A stretch of DNA of 64,000 nt from Nitrosopumilus sp. GTDB lineage: Archaea; Thermoproteota; Nitrososphaeria; Nitrososphaerales; Nitrosopumilaceae. Shown piece by piece: positions 39,601 to 49,846 of this stretch (within the stretch, counting starts at the first letter, position 1; each line of letters opens with the position of its first letter). Made by a program: the position numbers and the translations under genes. The stretch is from assembly GCA_965249555.1 (NCBI GenBank), contig OZ252243.1, positions 1,952,001 to 2,016,000 on the forward strand, given 5' to 3'. Under the pieces are notes generated by a model. It worked only from the letters and a program-made list of their open reading frames with translations, was not told the DNA's origin and did not search any database.

Positions 39601-40237
39601 TTAAATTTCATTTATTATTTTAGATTTAGATGTTTCCATGTTAGATAATATTTCTTTTTGTATTTTTGTTAGTTGTATCCAAACATCTATTATTAGATCA
39701 AAATATCTTTTTGTACCTAACTCTATTTCTTGTTGTTTTGAAAATAATACTATGTCTTGACTTTTCTCCATATTCTTGTTATTTAATCTCATTCTAAGAT
39801 AAAGTTCATTCAATACTTTCTGTAAGTCTTTAGAAAATAAAGTATAATGCCCTCCCTGAATTGAGCTTTGAAAACCTGCATATCCAACAAATATAGGATA
39901 AAATTTTATTTCTTTACCATTATCATAAGTGTATTCTATGGCATTATCTTCCACATTACCTTTCAAGTCCTGCTCTAATTCTTCTATTTCTTGTAAGATA
40001 GAATGTCCTGCATTTTTGCGATTTGTTTTTTTTATCATAACTTCTTTTAATAAAAAATGCTATTGGTGATCCAATTACAGAACCTATAACCGTAAAATTA
40101 GTAATTATTTCTAATGTTTGATAATCAAAATTCATAATAGAAACCTTATTTATATTTGATAGATCAACCAATAAACACAGTATTAAACCAATTATTAATA
40201 ATGCAAATATTCCAATTTTACTATTTGAATCCAACAA
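39601..40237 (-). pseudogene. Membrane protein split by a frameshift in an A8 run
   Basis: ORFs 39956-40237 and 39601-40038 join at the T8 tract near 40026-40033. Confidence 0.6.
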
Positions 40238-40656
40238 AGTTTTAGAGGGTGTTTTTTAATTATACTATTTTGAATAATTGCGGGGTTTTTGTTTGTTTTG
40301 TAATCATTACAATGAACAAAACATGATGAGATCCTTTGCTTTTTCTATTTGAATAATTTGAGAAATCGGTTAAAAATTAGAATGGATTATGCCCATGTCT
40401 CAGATATATTTTTAGATTAAGAGTTTAGAATCTAGTTTATGGAAGAAGGACAAATTATTATTCCAATATTGATAGTTCTTGCCGTAGGAATTTTCATAGG
40501 ATCTAGAATATGGATTATGTTTAGAAGATAGTGTTTAGAATGAATCTTTAGTAGATAACAGAAATTTAATTTTGATAATGTTAATTTTTCTGCCTGTTAT
40601 CTCTATGAATTAGTTATAATTGCGATCTATAAAGATTGTGGACAAATTGTTCATCA

Positions 40657-42330
40657 TTAGAGGTTTGGGCTGGTGATTGCGCCATTTGCAGCAGAACCTA
40701 CAAGTGTTGCATATTTAGCAAGAGCGCCTGTTGTGTAGTTCGGTTTTGGTTGACTCCATTGATTTCTTCTAATTTCTAATTCTTCTTCTGAAACATGAAG
40801 GTTAATCCAATTGGTTTCAACATCTATCGTTATCTCATCACCATCTTTTACCAGTGCAATTGGACCGCCAACATAGGCTTCCGGTGCAACATGACCTACC
40901 ATGAATCCGCGTGTACCTCCAGAAAATCTGCCATCAGTTACCATTGCAACCTTTTTTCCTAATCCTTGACCTACAAGCGCTGCAGTTGTGGCTAGCATTT
41001 CTCTCATTCCAGGCCCGCCTTTTGGTCCCTCATATCTAATAACTATTACATCTCCTTCATCAATTTCTCCTTTTGATACTGCATCAAACGCAAATTCTTC
41101 TCTATCAAAAACACGAGCTTTTCCAGTAAATTCTGTCATCTCCACTCCTGCAGTTTTAATTACTGCTCCTTCTGGAGCTAGACTTCCTTTGAGAATTACT
41201 GCAGTCCCAACTGAATGAATTGGATTCTCAATTGGTCTTACAATATTTTGCTCTGTTTCTGCAATGTTCATTGAAACAAGATTCTCTTTAATGGTTTTTC
41301 CAGTAACTGTCATGCAGTTTTCATTTAGCAGTCCTTTGTCAAGTAACTTCTTTAAGACAAATGGAATTCCTCCAATCTTATCTAGTGAATTCATTACATA
41401 ATTTCCTCCTGGTTTCATATCTGCCAAATGAGGTGTTTTTTTTCTTATTCTTTCAAAATCATCATAACTCAAACTAATACCTACTTCATTTGCAAGTGCA
41501 AGTAAATGTAATATGCCATTAGTTGATCCTCCAACAGAATTCAACATAATTATTGCATTCTCAAATGCCTCAAATGATAAAATTTCTTTAGGTCTAATAT
41601 TCATCTCCAATAATTTAACACATGCCACTCCTGTGTCATATGCCATCTTATCTCGTCTATCATCTTCTGCTGGTGGGCTGGCACTTCCAGGTAACGCAAG
41701 ACCAATTGCTTCAGATATTGATGCCATTGTGTTTGCAGTAAACATTCCTCCACACGAACCCGCATTTGGACATGCAGTGTTTTCAATATTTTTTAGTGCT
41801 TCAAGAGTTATCTGACCTGCATCATATGCCCCAACTGCTTCATAAACATCAACTACTGTTAGCTCCTTACCATCAAGCATTCCTGGCATGATAGTTCCAC
41901 CATATACAAATACTGATGGAATGTTCAGTCTGGCCATGGCCATCATAGTTCCTGGTAGACTCTTATCGCATCCTGCAATTCCTACTAGTGCATCGTATTG
42001 ATGTGCTCTGACCATTAATTCAATTGAATCTGCAATAACCTCTCGAGAAACTAATGATGATTTCATTCCTTCATGACCCATTGCAATTCCATCACTTACC
42101 GCAATTGTTGAAAATTCCCTTGGTGTCGCACCTGCATATGAAACCCCTTCTTTAGCTTTTAGAGCTAATTTTGGAAGATGAATGTTACATGGAGTTGCTT
42201 CATTTCCTGTGTGACAAACACCAATGAATTGTTTTGATAAATCCTCATCACTTAACCCCATGGCTTTGTACATTGCTCTGTGTGGTGCACGAGCAGTTCC
42301 TTCTACAACATTTCTGCTAGAGATTTCCAT
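40657..42330 (-). CDS. ilvD: Dihydroxy-acid dehydratase
   Basis: [50 protein letters not shown]. Confidence 0.97.
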   Translation of the reverse strand: MEISSRNVVEGTARAPHRAMYKAMGLSDEDLSKQFIGVCHTGNEATPCNIHLPKLALKAKEGVSYAGATPREFSTIAVSDGIAMGHEGMKSSLVSREVIADSIELMVRAHQYDALVGIAGCDKSLPGTMMAMARLNIPSVFVYGGTIMPGMLDGKELTVVDVYEAVGAYDAGQITLEALKNIENTACPNAGSCGGMFTANTMASISEAIGLALPGSASPPAEDDRRDKMAYDTGVACVKLLEMNIRPKEILSFEAFENAIIMLNSVGGSTNGILHLLALANEVGISLSYDDFERIRKKTPHLADMKPGGNYVMNSLDKIGGIPFVLKKLLDKGLLNENCMTVTGKTIKENLVSMNIAETEQNIVRPIENPIHSVGTAVILKGSLAPEGAVIKTAGVEMTEFTGKARVFDREEFAFDAVSKGEIDEGDVIVIRYEGPKGGPGMREMLATTAALVGQGLGKKVAMVTDGRFSGGTRGFMVGHVAPEAYVGGPIALVKDGDEITIDVETNWINLHVSEEELEIRRNQWSQPKPNYTTGALAKYATLVGSAANGAITSPNL

Positions 42331-42380
42331 AACATGTAATTTTCTGATTGCTATAATTTAGACTTTATTCTTCAAGTGAA

Positions 42381-42448
42381 AGGGGTCAAGGGGGAAGACA
42401 AACGCTTCCCCCGATAAAACATCAACCGATGTTAGTTTGTCGATCTAC
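42381..42448. ncRNA. Candidate pseudoknot/switch RNA upstream of ilvD
   Basis: GGGGGAAG/CTTCCCCC hairpin whose loop GACAAAC complements GTTTGTC (42435-42441); AACATC/GATGTT hairpin between them. Confidence 0.5.
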
Positions 42449-42577
42449 ATACTTGAGTAACTTTTCAAGATTATAGATTATTTTCTGAAACATCATTCAC
42501 ACCATTGATCATGGATTATAAACCTATAGATAAAATTAGTTGGAACTAAATCTTTTATTCAAAACTTTTTGACTTTT

Positions 42578-42712
42578 CTATTTTTTGACTTTTTGTGGTT
42601 TGGAGTGTGCTTTAATCATATGTCGTAGAGTTCTTTCAGAGTCTGTAAATTCCATTTTACATATTCTACACACTAGACTCGTTTCTTGAGTTCGTTTTCT
42701 AAATAAATTCAT
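42578..42712 (-). CDS. 44-aa C2H2 zinc-finger microprotein
   Basis: MNLFRKRTQETSLVCRICKMEFTDSERTLRHMIKAHSKPQKVKK. Confidence 0.75.
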   Translation of the reverse strand: MNLFRKRTQETSLVCRICKMEFTDSERTLRHMIKAHSKPQKVKK

Positions 42713-42807
42713 AAAAAAATGACTATTTTCTGTCTATATAATCTAATGTTGTCAAAAATAATTTTTTAATGAAAACTATTTGAGTTTCTTGGTCCCCATT
42801 GATATTC

Positions 42808-43404
42808 TTATTTGATTAATTCTTGGTTTTCTACTTGTAGCAAATATGCTTCTATTTCTTCAGGAGTTTCAGCACCATATACAATCAAAACTCTATCGCC
42901 TTCCATACTTTCATAATCTCTAATATCTGAGACCTGTTCTCCATTAATGAATAATTTAAGTACGTAATCTTCACTTGTACAATAAGATTTTCCATCTGGA
43001 AATACATAACACTGATCATCAAGACCTATGCTTAATGTGTCAAATAGATATCCTAAGGTAACTCCTGTGGCATGTTTGTGAAGTGTAGTGCCATCTCTTC
43101 CTTCAAAGTGAATCCAAGGTGATTTGATTTGAAACGATGGACCATCAAATGGAAACGTATCTCCAAAAATCTTTACTAAAAGTGCTGTATGTGTGTGAGC
43201 ACTTCCCATTGCACCTGCATTCTCTGGTCCACCAGGTGCAGTTTCAGTCATATTGAGGAACAAAAATACTGCATATCCGACAATTACTGCAATTACTGCA
43301 ATTACTGCAATTGCAATAAGCGTCTCTTTTCTTTTTTCTGCAGAATGTTTTGTAGCGTAATTTTCACGTTTTGCTTCACGCTCTCTTCTTTCTTTTCGTC
43401 CCAT
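42808..43404 (-). CDS. Conserved membrane-anchored protein with His motifs
   Basis: TM helix; HTH, IHFEG, LHKH motifs. Confidence 0.8.
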   Translation of the reverse strand: MGRKERREREAKRENYATKHSAEKRKETLIAIAVIAVIAVIVGYAVFLFLNMTETAPGGPENAGAMGSAHTHTALLVKIFGDTFPFDGPSFQIKSPWIHFEGRDGTTLHKHATGVTLGYLFDTLSIGLDDQCYVFPDGKSYCTSEDYVLKLFINGEQVSDIRDYESMEGDRVLIVYGAETPEEIEAYLLQVENQELIK

Positions 43405-43471
43405 GAGATGAACTAATTCTAAAATTTACCCTAATTAACCATTCGATAAAAACAATAAATAAAATCATAAA

Positions 43472-43891
43472 TTGTTGATCTTTATGAGTTGCCTCTTTTG
43501 TGACATCTTAGATGGAAAAAGAAATGCACATTTTCTGTATGAGGATGATTCTCATGTCGCATTCTTAGACAAGTATCCTATTGATGTTGGTCACAGTTTA
43601 GTACTTCCTAGAAAACATCATGAAAAAATAACTGATATGACTCCTGAAGATGTTGGAACTGTCTTTGCACTTGTTCCAAAAATAGCAAAAGCTATTTTAG
43701 AGGCAACTAATGCTGATGCCTTTAGTATTGGTCAAAATAATGGTATAGCAGCTAAACAGATTATTCCACATGTTCACATACATATCATTCCCAGATATAA
43801 TAACAAAGGTACTGTGTGGACAAAACGTCAAATCTCAAATGATGATGAACTCTCAGAACTAGCAAAAAAAATCCGTAGTTCTCTCACTTAG
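43472..43891 (+). CDS. HIT family hydrolase
   Basis: CLFC, HSLVLPRKH, HVHIHIIPR. Confidence 0.95.
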   Translation: MLIFMSCLFCDILDGKRNAHFLYEDDSHVAFLDKYPIDVGHSLVLPRKHHEKITDMTPEDVGTVFALVPKIAKAILEATNADAFSIGQNNGIAAKQIIPHVHIHIIPRYNNKGTVWTKRQISNDDELSELAKKIRSSLT

Positions 43892-45167
43892 CGTGACCTG
43901 GATTATACCTCAAAATTGCTCCAACTTTTCCAAGACTAGCAAGCATATTTCCATGTTCAGCACTTCCAGAAATAACTTCTAGTTGAGTTCCTGTTTTTGC
44001 CGCAAGCAATTCTAGATAATCTACAATATCTTGTTCGTTAACCTCTACTTCCATTGCATTACATCCTGTACATGGCTTGTTTGTATACTCTGTCTTTTTT
44101 GGAATAACTAGAGGCCTCTCTACAATTTCTTCTTGAATATGTTGACATCGTTTACATTTTCCTTCTACTCTGTTCAGATTTGTATCATCAGTGATGATCA
44201 AAGTTTTAACAACATTATTTTTTAGATATTCTATAACTTCTTGTAAACCATAGGAACCTTTTCCACTATTCCCATTAATTTCTCTAAATAAATCCTCAAC
44301 TAGTTTCTTTTCTTCTACTAGTCTAAAATTTCCTAAAATATCTGAAGACTTTGCAAATGCCTCTCTAATTCCTTCTGATCCTGAATATGATGCATCAATT
44401 GTAGATATGATGTTATTTTGTAATCTGTATTCTAGATAGTTACCATTGATAAAATCCTCTTTTGTAGGCCCTGGACCTGAGATTATTAATCCTTTAACTG
44501 GATATATGTCGATAAAATACTCTCTTGTAGTTTGAGCTACTCTGTTATAGAAATAACTTAACTCCATCTCTCTGAGTTTTTGAAATCTTTTTGCAGATTG
44601 TCCTCCTTGTCTATGTTTTCCTGCTACTCCTGAACCTGTTTGACCTAATACCTCAATTTTCTCCCCATGTAATAATCCCCAACCTGCATCTTTTGCATCA
44701 ATTGCCAAAAACCCAATCAGGTTATCGTCTTTTAGCATGTCTTTTAGAATATCTACATGGAAATGATCATCACATCTGTATAGGTACTGATTCAAATCTT
44801 TTGGTGGGTCTACTTCCCACACCGTAACTACTTCACTTCCTAAAGGACCTCCTTCTTCTGGTGGCAGTGCACCACAGAACATTACTAATCCTCTCTCTGG
44901 TGTTTTTTTGTATAGTTTTAGTCTTTGAACAACTTTACCTAATGAATCAACTACATGTGATCTTGTAAGATCTGATTTGATATTGTCTGCCGTTCCTTGT
45001 TCTTGTTGAAGTGAACTGATAATTTCATGAAGTTGCTTTCCCTTTGGAATGTATACTGTAATAAGCTCAGTTCCCCTACCTGATTTTTGAGATAACTCCT
45101 CTAAGGTCTTTCTAATTTTATAGAGTTTAACTGAATCTTGTTTTTCTATGTTTATTCTTTTGTTCAT
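43884..45167 (-). CDS. prf1: Peptide chain release factor aRF1
   Basis: GTELIT, NIKS, YRCD, GGQS. Confidence 0.97.
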   Translation of the reverse strand: MNKRINIEKQDSVKLYKIRKTLEELSQKSGRGTELITVYIPKGKQLHEIISSLQQEQGTADNIKSDLTRSHVVDSLGKVVQRLKLYKKTPERGLVMFCGALPPEEGGPLGSEVVTVWEVDPPKDLNQYLYRCDDHFHVDILKDMLKDDNLIGFLAIDAKDAGWGLLHGEKIEVLGQTGSGVAGKHRQGGQSAKRFQKLREMELSYFYNRVAQTTREYFIDIYPVKGLIISGPGPTKEDFINGNYLEYRLQNNIISTIDASYSGSEGIREAFAKSSDILGNFRLVEEKKLVEDLFREINGNSGKGSYGLQEVIEYLKNNVVKTLIITDDTNLNRVEGKCKRCQHIQEEIVERPLVIPKKTEYTNKPCTGCNAMEVEVNEQDIVDYLELLAAKTGTQLEVISGSAEHGNMLASLGKVGAILRYNPGHAK

Positions 45168-45230
45168 TTGTGGTTTCTCCTGATCATGCGAATATTAATT
45201 TTGATTGATTCAATTTCAGTTTTCCTAAAA

Positions 45231-45887
45231 TTATAACTCGTCAAATGTTTTTAGAAATACCTCTAGTGGTTGATTTCCTCTAATTTTGATAACTTTTTGA
45301 TCACTAAAGACCAAAAAGGAAGGAGTTGCATCAATCCCTATTTCCTGCCCAAATTCGTAATGTGTAACAACTCTATCTTGATATTTGTGCTCATCTAGAC
45401 ATGTATTGAATTCCAGCAAGTCCAAATCCACTGTAATTGCAAATCTATCTAATGACTCTCTTGTAATCCACCCTGTTTTTTCTCCTCCCCAATTTTTGTA
45501 AAGTTCATTATGATACTGCCAGTATTTTCCTTGGTCTTCTGCACAATATGATGCCTCAGCAGCTAGTATAGAATCAGGACCATTTAGTGTAAAGTCTCTA
45601 AAAACTAGTTTCACTTTACCCGTCTTGATAAAATCATTATCAATTGCATCTAGTGTGTTTTGATGAAATTTGTAACAAAATGTACATTGATAATCTCCCC
45701 ATTCTAGAATTGTAATTGGTGCATCAGAGTCACCCATTATTGGAGAACCATTCTCCATTAATTTTGAAGCAGTTAATAATTTTGAATTATTTTCCGATTC
45801 CGGATAAAATGCTAAAAACATTCCTGTAATAATTCCTATTGCTATTGGTATCGCCAAAAGGTACAGTTTTGTCATATCATGATGCAA
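45231..45887 (-). CDS. DsbA-family thiol-disulfide oxidoreductase
   Basis: DYQCTFC, ATPSF, N-terminal TM. Confidence 0.92.
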   Translation of the reverse strand: MHHDMTKLYLLAIPIAIGIITGMFLAFYPESENNSKLLTASKLMENGSPIMGDSDAPITILEWGDYQCTFCYKFHQNTLDAIDNDFIKTGKVKLVFRDFTLNGPDSILAAEASYCAEDQGKYWQYHNELYKNWGGEKTGWITRESLDRFAITVDLDLLEFNTCLDEHKYQDRVVTHYEFGQEIGIDATPSFLVFSDQKVIKIRGNQPLEVFLKTFDEL

Positions 45888-45925
45888 TATGTTTCAAGTA
45901 ATAAATTTGTCATTTTAATGATTTG

Positions 45926-46702
45926 CTAAATTTGATTTTGCAACACTGTCATTATTTCTGACACTTTTTGATGAATATCTTTTTCTTCTTGATTTATGTT
46001 GATTTTTTCTAATTTTTCAAAAATTTCTGTATTGTTTATCATATGCTCTAATACATCAAGTGAAAATGGTTTTTCTATTACTGCAATTGCCCTATTTAGT
46101 TTTGTCAATATGTCTAGTAATGTTTTTTCAAGATACCCTGATGCAAAAATTATTTTTTGGTGTGAGTTGATCTTTAGAATTTCTACTGCAGCTTGTAATC
46201 CTGTCATAAATGGCATTTTTTGATCAAGTATTACTAAATCAAAATAATTTTCTGATTGTTAGGGATTGTTTTTTCTCTTGTACACTTCAATGCACTTGTG
46301 ACCATCAGTTGTTAGTGTGATTTCTTTACCTTTTGCTTCCAGAAAAGCCCTGTATAGCCCCAAAATATCTAGATCATCATCTGCAATTAGTATCTTCATT
46401 GGTTTTTTTGGAATCTGTTTTTCTTCTTGGTGAATATTTTCTGCTCCAATTTTGTTAATTTCTAACTTTATAGGATCTAGAATTTTTGAACCAAATCTGC
46501 CAAAAACACCTTCAGTTAAATCTGCAAATAATTCATAATTTGTAATGATTTCTTTTTCTGTTTTTCCACAAATTTTCATCATTGTTTGCATAATTGATTT
46601 GTATCCATTTCGACCATATAGATCAATTAATTCCCCTTGAATGATCTCTGAAATCTGGTTTTCATATTTACTGTCGTTTGATTCTGTTCCTGAATTACTC
46701 AA
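45926..46702 (-). pseudogene. CheY-like response regulator interrupted by an in-frame TAA
   Basis: ILIADDD...KNNP*QSENYFDLVILDQKMPFMTG...FASG...KPF; stop at 46259-46261, both halves in the same frame. Confidence 0.8.
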
Positions 46703-46849
46703 TTTAGAATATTCCTAGGAAAAAATATATCAAAAACAGCAGTATGTTAGATCTTGGAATAACAGTTTTTTTTAAGACTAATTGTAACTTTCTTTATAAA
46801 TTCAATAATTATCCAAGAGCTTAAATATATTCAGAGGGTCATAATTTTC

Positions 46850-47077
46850 ATGTCTGCATCAAATCAAATTAATGTCTCTAAGACTGGTGTTTCAAAATTA
46901 GCAATAGTAGTATTGGCTATAGTCTTTGCAACAGGATTATTTGTTGTTGGATTTGATAATGGACATATTGTTAACTTTGTATTTGCTGAAGATGGATCTA
47001 TGGGTGGTACTGATCCTCTAGTAATACATGAATTTGCTCATGATATGCGACATGCAGCAGGCTTTCCCTGTCATTAG
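46850..47077 (+). CDS. cbtB: Probable cobalt transporter subunit CbtB
   Basis: TM helix plus HEFAHDMRHAAGFPCH. Confidence 0.9.
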   Translation: MSASNQINVSKTGVSKLAIVVLAIVFATGLFVVGFDNGHIVNFVFAEDGSMGGTDPLVIHEFAHDMRHAAGFPCH

Positions 47078-47089
47078 GAGTTCGATATA

Positions 47090-47821
47090 ATGAAAACATT
47101 TGTTTTTCTCATAATTGTTTTAATCTCTGGCGCATTTGCAGGTACTATTCATGGTATTGTGAATTTTGCAATTGTAGAACCCTATCTTGATCAGGCAATT
47201 GGAATTGAAAATCAAAATCTATTTGCATCAGGTGAAGAAAAAGATACTCCTGAATTTTGGGTAGAATATGAAGGATATAGAGTATGGCAAAAAAGTGGGC
47301 AAATTGTGGCCGGAGCTATTTTAGGAACATCAATTGGTGCATTATTTGGAATAGTCTTCGCATTATCTAGAAACTCATTACCCGGAAATAATGATATCAA
47401 AAAAGCAGTTGTTTTAGCTGGAATAATGTGGTTTACTTTGTTTGTAATTCCATTTCTCAAATATCCTGCAAATCCTCCAACTGTAGGAGATCCAGAATCT
47501 ATCGTACTCAGGTCAGCCCTATATCTTTCTTTTATTGCAATTTCTGGATTTGGTGCAGTTGCTTTTTACAAATTATCAAAGAAATTCCCAAACAATAGAA
47601 AATCTATGGCACTAATTTCCTATGGTATTTTTATCTCAATAGTTTTCTTTGCAATGCCTGAAAACCCAGATGACATTACTGCCCCCATGGATTTGGTAAA
47701 TGAGTTTAGAATAATGTCTTTCCTTGGAGTCACTTCTTTCTGGATTTCAATTGGTGTGATTCTAGGATTCTTTTGGAATCGTCTTAGTCCTCATAAAGAA
47801 ACCACTCCGTCTTATAACTAG
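47090..47821 (+). CDS. cbtA: Probable cobalt transporter subunit CbtA
   Basis: EPYLDQAIGIE, PFLKYPANPPTVG, multiple TM helices. Confidence 0.9.
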   Translation: MKTFVFLIIVLISGAFAGTIHGIVNFAIVEPYLDQAIGIENQNLFASGEEKDTPEFWVEYEGYRVWQKSGQIVAGAILGTSIGALFGIVFALSRNSLPGNNDIKKAVVLAGIMWFTLFVIPFLKYPANPPTVGDPESIVLRSALYLSFIAISGFGAVAFYKLSKKFPNNRKSMALISYGIFISIVFFAMPENPDDITAPMDLVNEFRIMSFLGVTSFWISIGVILGFFWNRLSPHKETTPSYN

Positions 47822-47823
47822 TT

Positions 47824-47847
47824 GTTCTAACTCTATGGAACGAGAAC
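47824..47847. promoter_or_regulatory. Putative operator TTCT-N14-AGAA upstream of the wHTH pair
   Basis: 17/24 identical to 48664-48687. Confidence 0.45.
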
Positions 47848-47891
47848 CAAAGCATTTCGTTTAAATATACTGTAATATTTTTGATATTTAC

Positions 47892-48221
47892 ATGTCTAGG
47901 AGATTAACATTACCACAATTAAAAAAATATGACATAACTCAAAAAGTAATTGAAGCACTAGCTGATTCTGAATCCCGTGCAATTTTGTTTTCTATAATTA
48001 GAAGAGGAAGTACAGCTGCAGAACTTTCATATAAACTCAAAATTCCTCTTAGTTCTGTATATAAAAAATTAGCAGACTTGGAAGAACTTACACTAATCAA
48101 AGTTGAAAAATGGATGCTATCTGATAAAGGTAGAAAATACAAAGTTTATCGTAGCAGAATTAGCAAAGCTGATATCTCCATCAGAAAGCCTGAGCCAACT
48201 CTAACATTGATTCCTAATTGA
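47892..48221 (+). CDS. ArsR-like wHTH regulator
   Basis: ALADSESRAIL...TAAELS..LKIPLSSVYKKL. Confidence 0.88.
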   Translation: MSRRLTLPQLKKYDITQKVIEALADSESRAILFSIIRRGSTAAELSYKLKIPLSSVYKKLADLEELTLIKVEKWMLSDKGRKYKVYRSRISKADISIRKPEPTLTLIPN

Positions 48222-48581
48222 GTGATTATAATGTCAAAACCAAATATAATTCAATTATCTGAGTTTGATATAACTCAAAAAATTATTGAATCACTTAGTA
48301 GTGTTTGTACTAGGGCTGTATTGTTTTCAATAAAAAATAAATCAAAAGATGCAAATCAAATTGCAGATGAATTAAAAATTTCACTTTCAACTGTTTACAA
48401 AACATTGTCTACTCTCGAGGAACTTGCACTCATAGAGGTAGACAAGTATGTTATTTCATCTGAAGGCAAAAAAATCAAACAATATCGTAGTAGAATTGGT
48501 AAGGTGGAAATCACTTTAGAGAATTCAGAGCCCAGTTTGAACTTGTATCCAAACACAGAAAATCCTAAATCAGAACCTTAG
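48222..48581 (+). CDS. ArsR-like wHTH regulator (tandem paralog)
   Basis: Shares DITQK, LKI.LS.VYK.L..LEEL.LI.V.K and YRSRI.K with the upstream gene. Confidence 0.88.
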   Translation: MIIMSKPNIIQLSEFDITQKIIESLSSVCTRAVLFSIKNKSKDANQIADELKISLSTVYKTLSTLEELALIEVDKYVISSEGKKIKQYRSRIGKVEITLENSEPSLNLYPNTENPKSEP

Positions 48582-48663
48582 AATTTCTCTACTATTTCCC
48601 CTTTTGAGACACTTGGGGATCGTCTCTCTAGAAAAATACCAATCCGAGTCTAAATTATGACTA

Positions 48664-48687
48664 GTTCTAATTCTAGAGAGTTAGAAT
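48664..48687. promoter_or_regulatory. Putative operator upstream of phnDCE
   Basis: TTCTAA-N10-TTAGAA palindrome, upstream of TTTAAATA at 48710. Confidence 0.5.
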
Positions 48688-48746
48688 GAATGTTTGGAAT
48701 GAAAATCCGGTTTAAATAACTTAGCTACTCCTAAGATTTTTAGGAA

Positions 48747-49829
48747 ATGAAACAACAAACAACTCTGACATTAGTTGCCATAATTGTAGCAATTGGTGTT
48801 GCAACTATTCCTTTATCCCAGAATGCCCAAGCACAAAGTTTAGTTCCTGATTGGATTAAAACAAATGCTGGTTGGTGGGCTGAGGGAACAGTAGATGATG
48901 CAACTTTTCTAAATGGAATTGAATTTCTAATTGAAAATAAAATCATTAATCTTCCATCTGAATCAATTGATGTTGATACTATCACTATTGGATTTATTCC
49001 AGTTGAAAAAGCTGATGAATTAACTCCAAAAGCTCAAGCACTAGAAAATTTCCTTGAGAATGAAATGGGTATTGATGTTAAAGTAGTGGTTCCAACAAAT
49101 TATGAGACTATTATTGAAGGAATGCGATTTGGTCATATTGATGCTGCCTTTATGGACACAGGACCTGCATGGATTACACATCAAAGAACAGGTGCAGAAG
49201 CTGTATTGGCAGAACTTGTGAAAGGAAAAATAAACTATCAAGCAACAGTATGGACTCTGGCTGACAATGATTCTATTAATTCATTAGAAGACACTGTTGG
49301 AAAAAAAGTAGCATTTACTAGCATTACTGGCTCATCAGGTTTTGTAAGACCTATGGGAACATTGGTGGCTGATGGCCATATTACCATTGAAGGTGACGAT
49401 ATTGTTGCTTTAGAATCTGCATTAGCAAATAACTTTGAAAGTTATACTTTTGCAGGAGGATACAAGGCAGCATTACAATTACTTCTTAATGAAAATGTAG
49501 ATGTTGCATTTGGTTCAGATATTGCTCCTCAAAAATATCTTGAATTAGAAGATCAAGTAAAATTACGTCCAGTTACAACAATTGGACCTGTCCCATCACA
49601 TGTGTTTATGGTAAGTGCTGATATGTCAGAATCTACCAAAGACGCACTTGTAGATGCGCTTGTTGAACTCAATTATGATGAAAACAATCCTATTTTAACA
49701 GATTTGTATGGTGCTGAGGCACTTGTTCCAACAACTACGACTATGCATATTGGTGAATTTGGAACCTACATTGATTCTTTGACAGGACTTGATCAGTTGA
49801 TTCTTGACAAATACAACAAGAGCAAATAA
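48747..49829 (+). CDS. phnD: Phosphonate/phosphite/phosphate ABC transporter substrate-binding protein
   Basis: Signal peptide, VPDWIKTNAGWWA surface motif, YETIIEGMRFGHIDAAF, SITGSSGFVRP. Confidence 0.88.
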   Translation: MKQQTTLTLVAIIVAIGVATIPLSQNAQAQSLVPDWIKTNAGWWAEGTVDDATFLNGIEFLIENKIINLPSESIDVDTITIGFIPVEKADELTPKAQALENFLENEMGIDVKVVVPTNYETIIEGMRFGHIDAAFMDTGPAWITHQRTGAEAVLAELVKGKINYQATVWTLADNDSINSLEDTVGKKVAFTSITGSSGFVRPMGTLVADGHITIEGDDIVALESALANNFESYTFAGGYKAALQLLLNENVDVAFGSDIAPQKYLELEDQVKLRPVTTIGPVPSHVFMVSADMSESTKDALVDALVELNYDENNPILTDLYGAEALVPTTTTMHIGEFGTYIDSLTGLDQLILDKYNKSK

Positions 49830-49846
49830 AAACTGGAATTCTGTAA

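Noticed and set aside
46259-46261. Programmed stop-codon recoding (Sec/Pyl)
   Set aside because: The codon is TAA, not TGA or TAG; a nonsense mutation or sequencing error is simpler.
46740-46850. Cobalamin riboswitch upstream of cbtBA
   Set aside because: No B12-box; CTTAAATA lies about 30 nt before the ATG, implying a leaderless mRNA.
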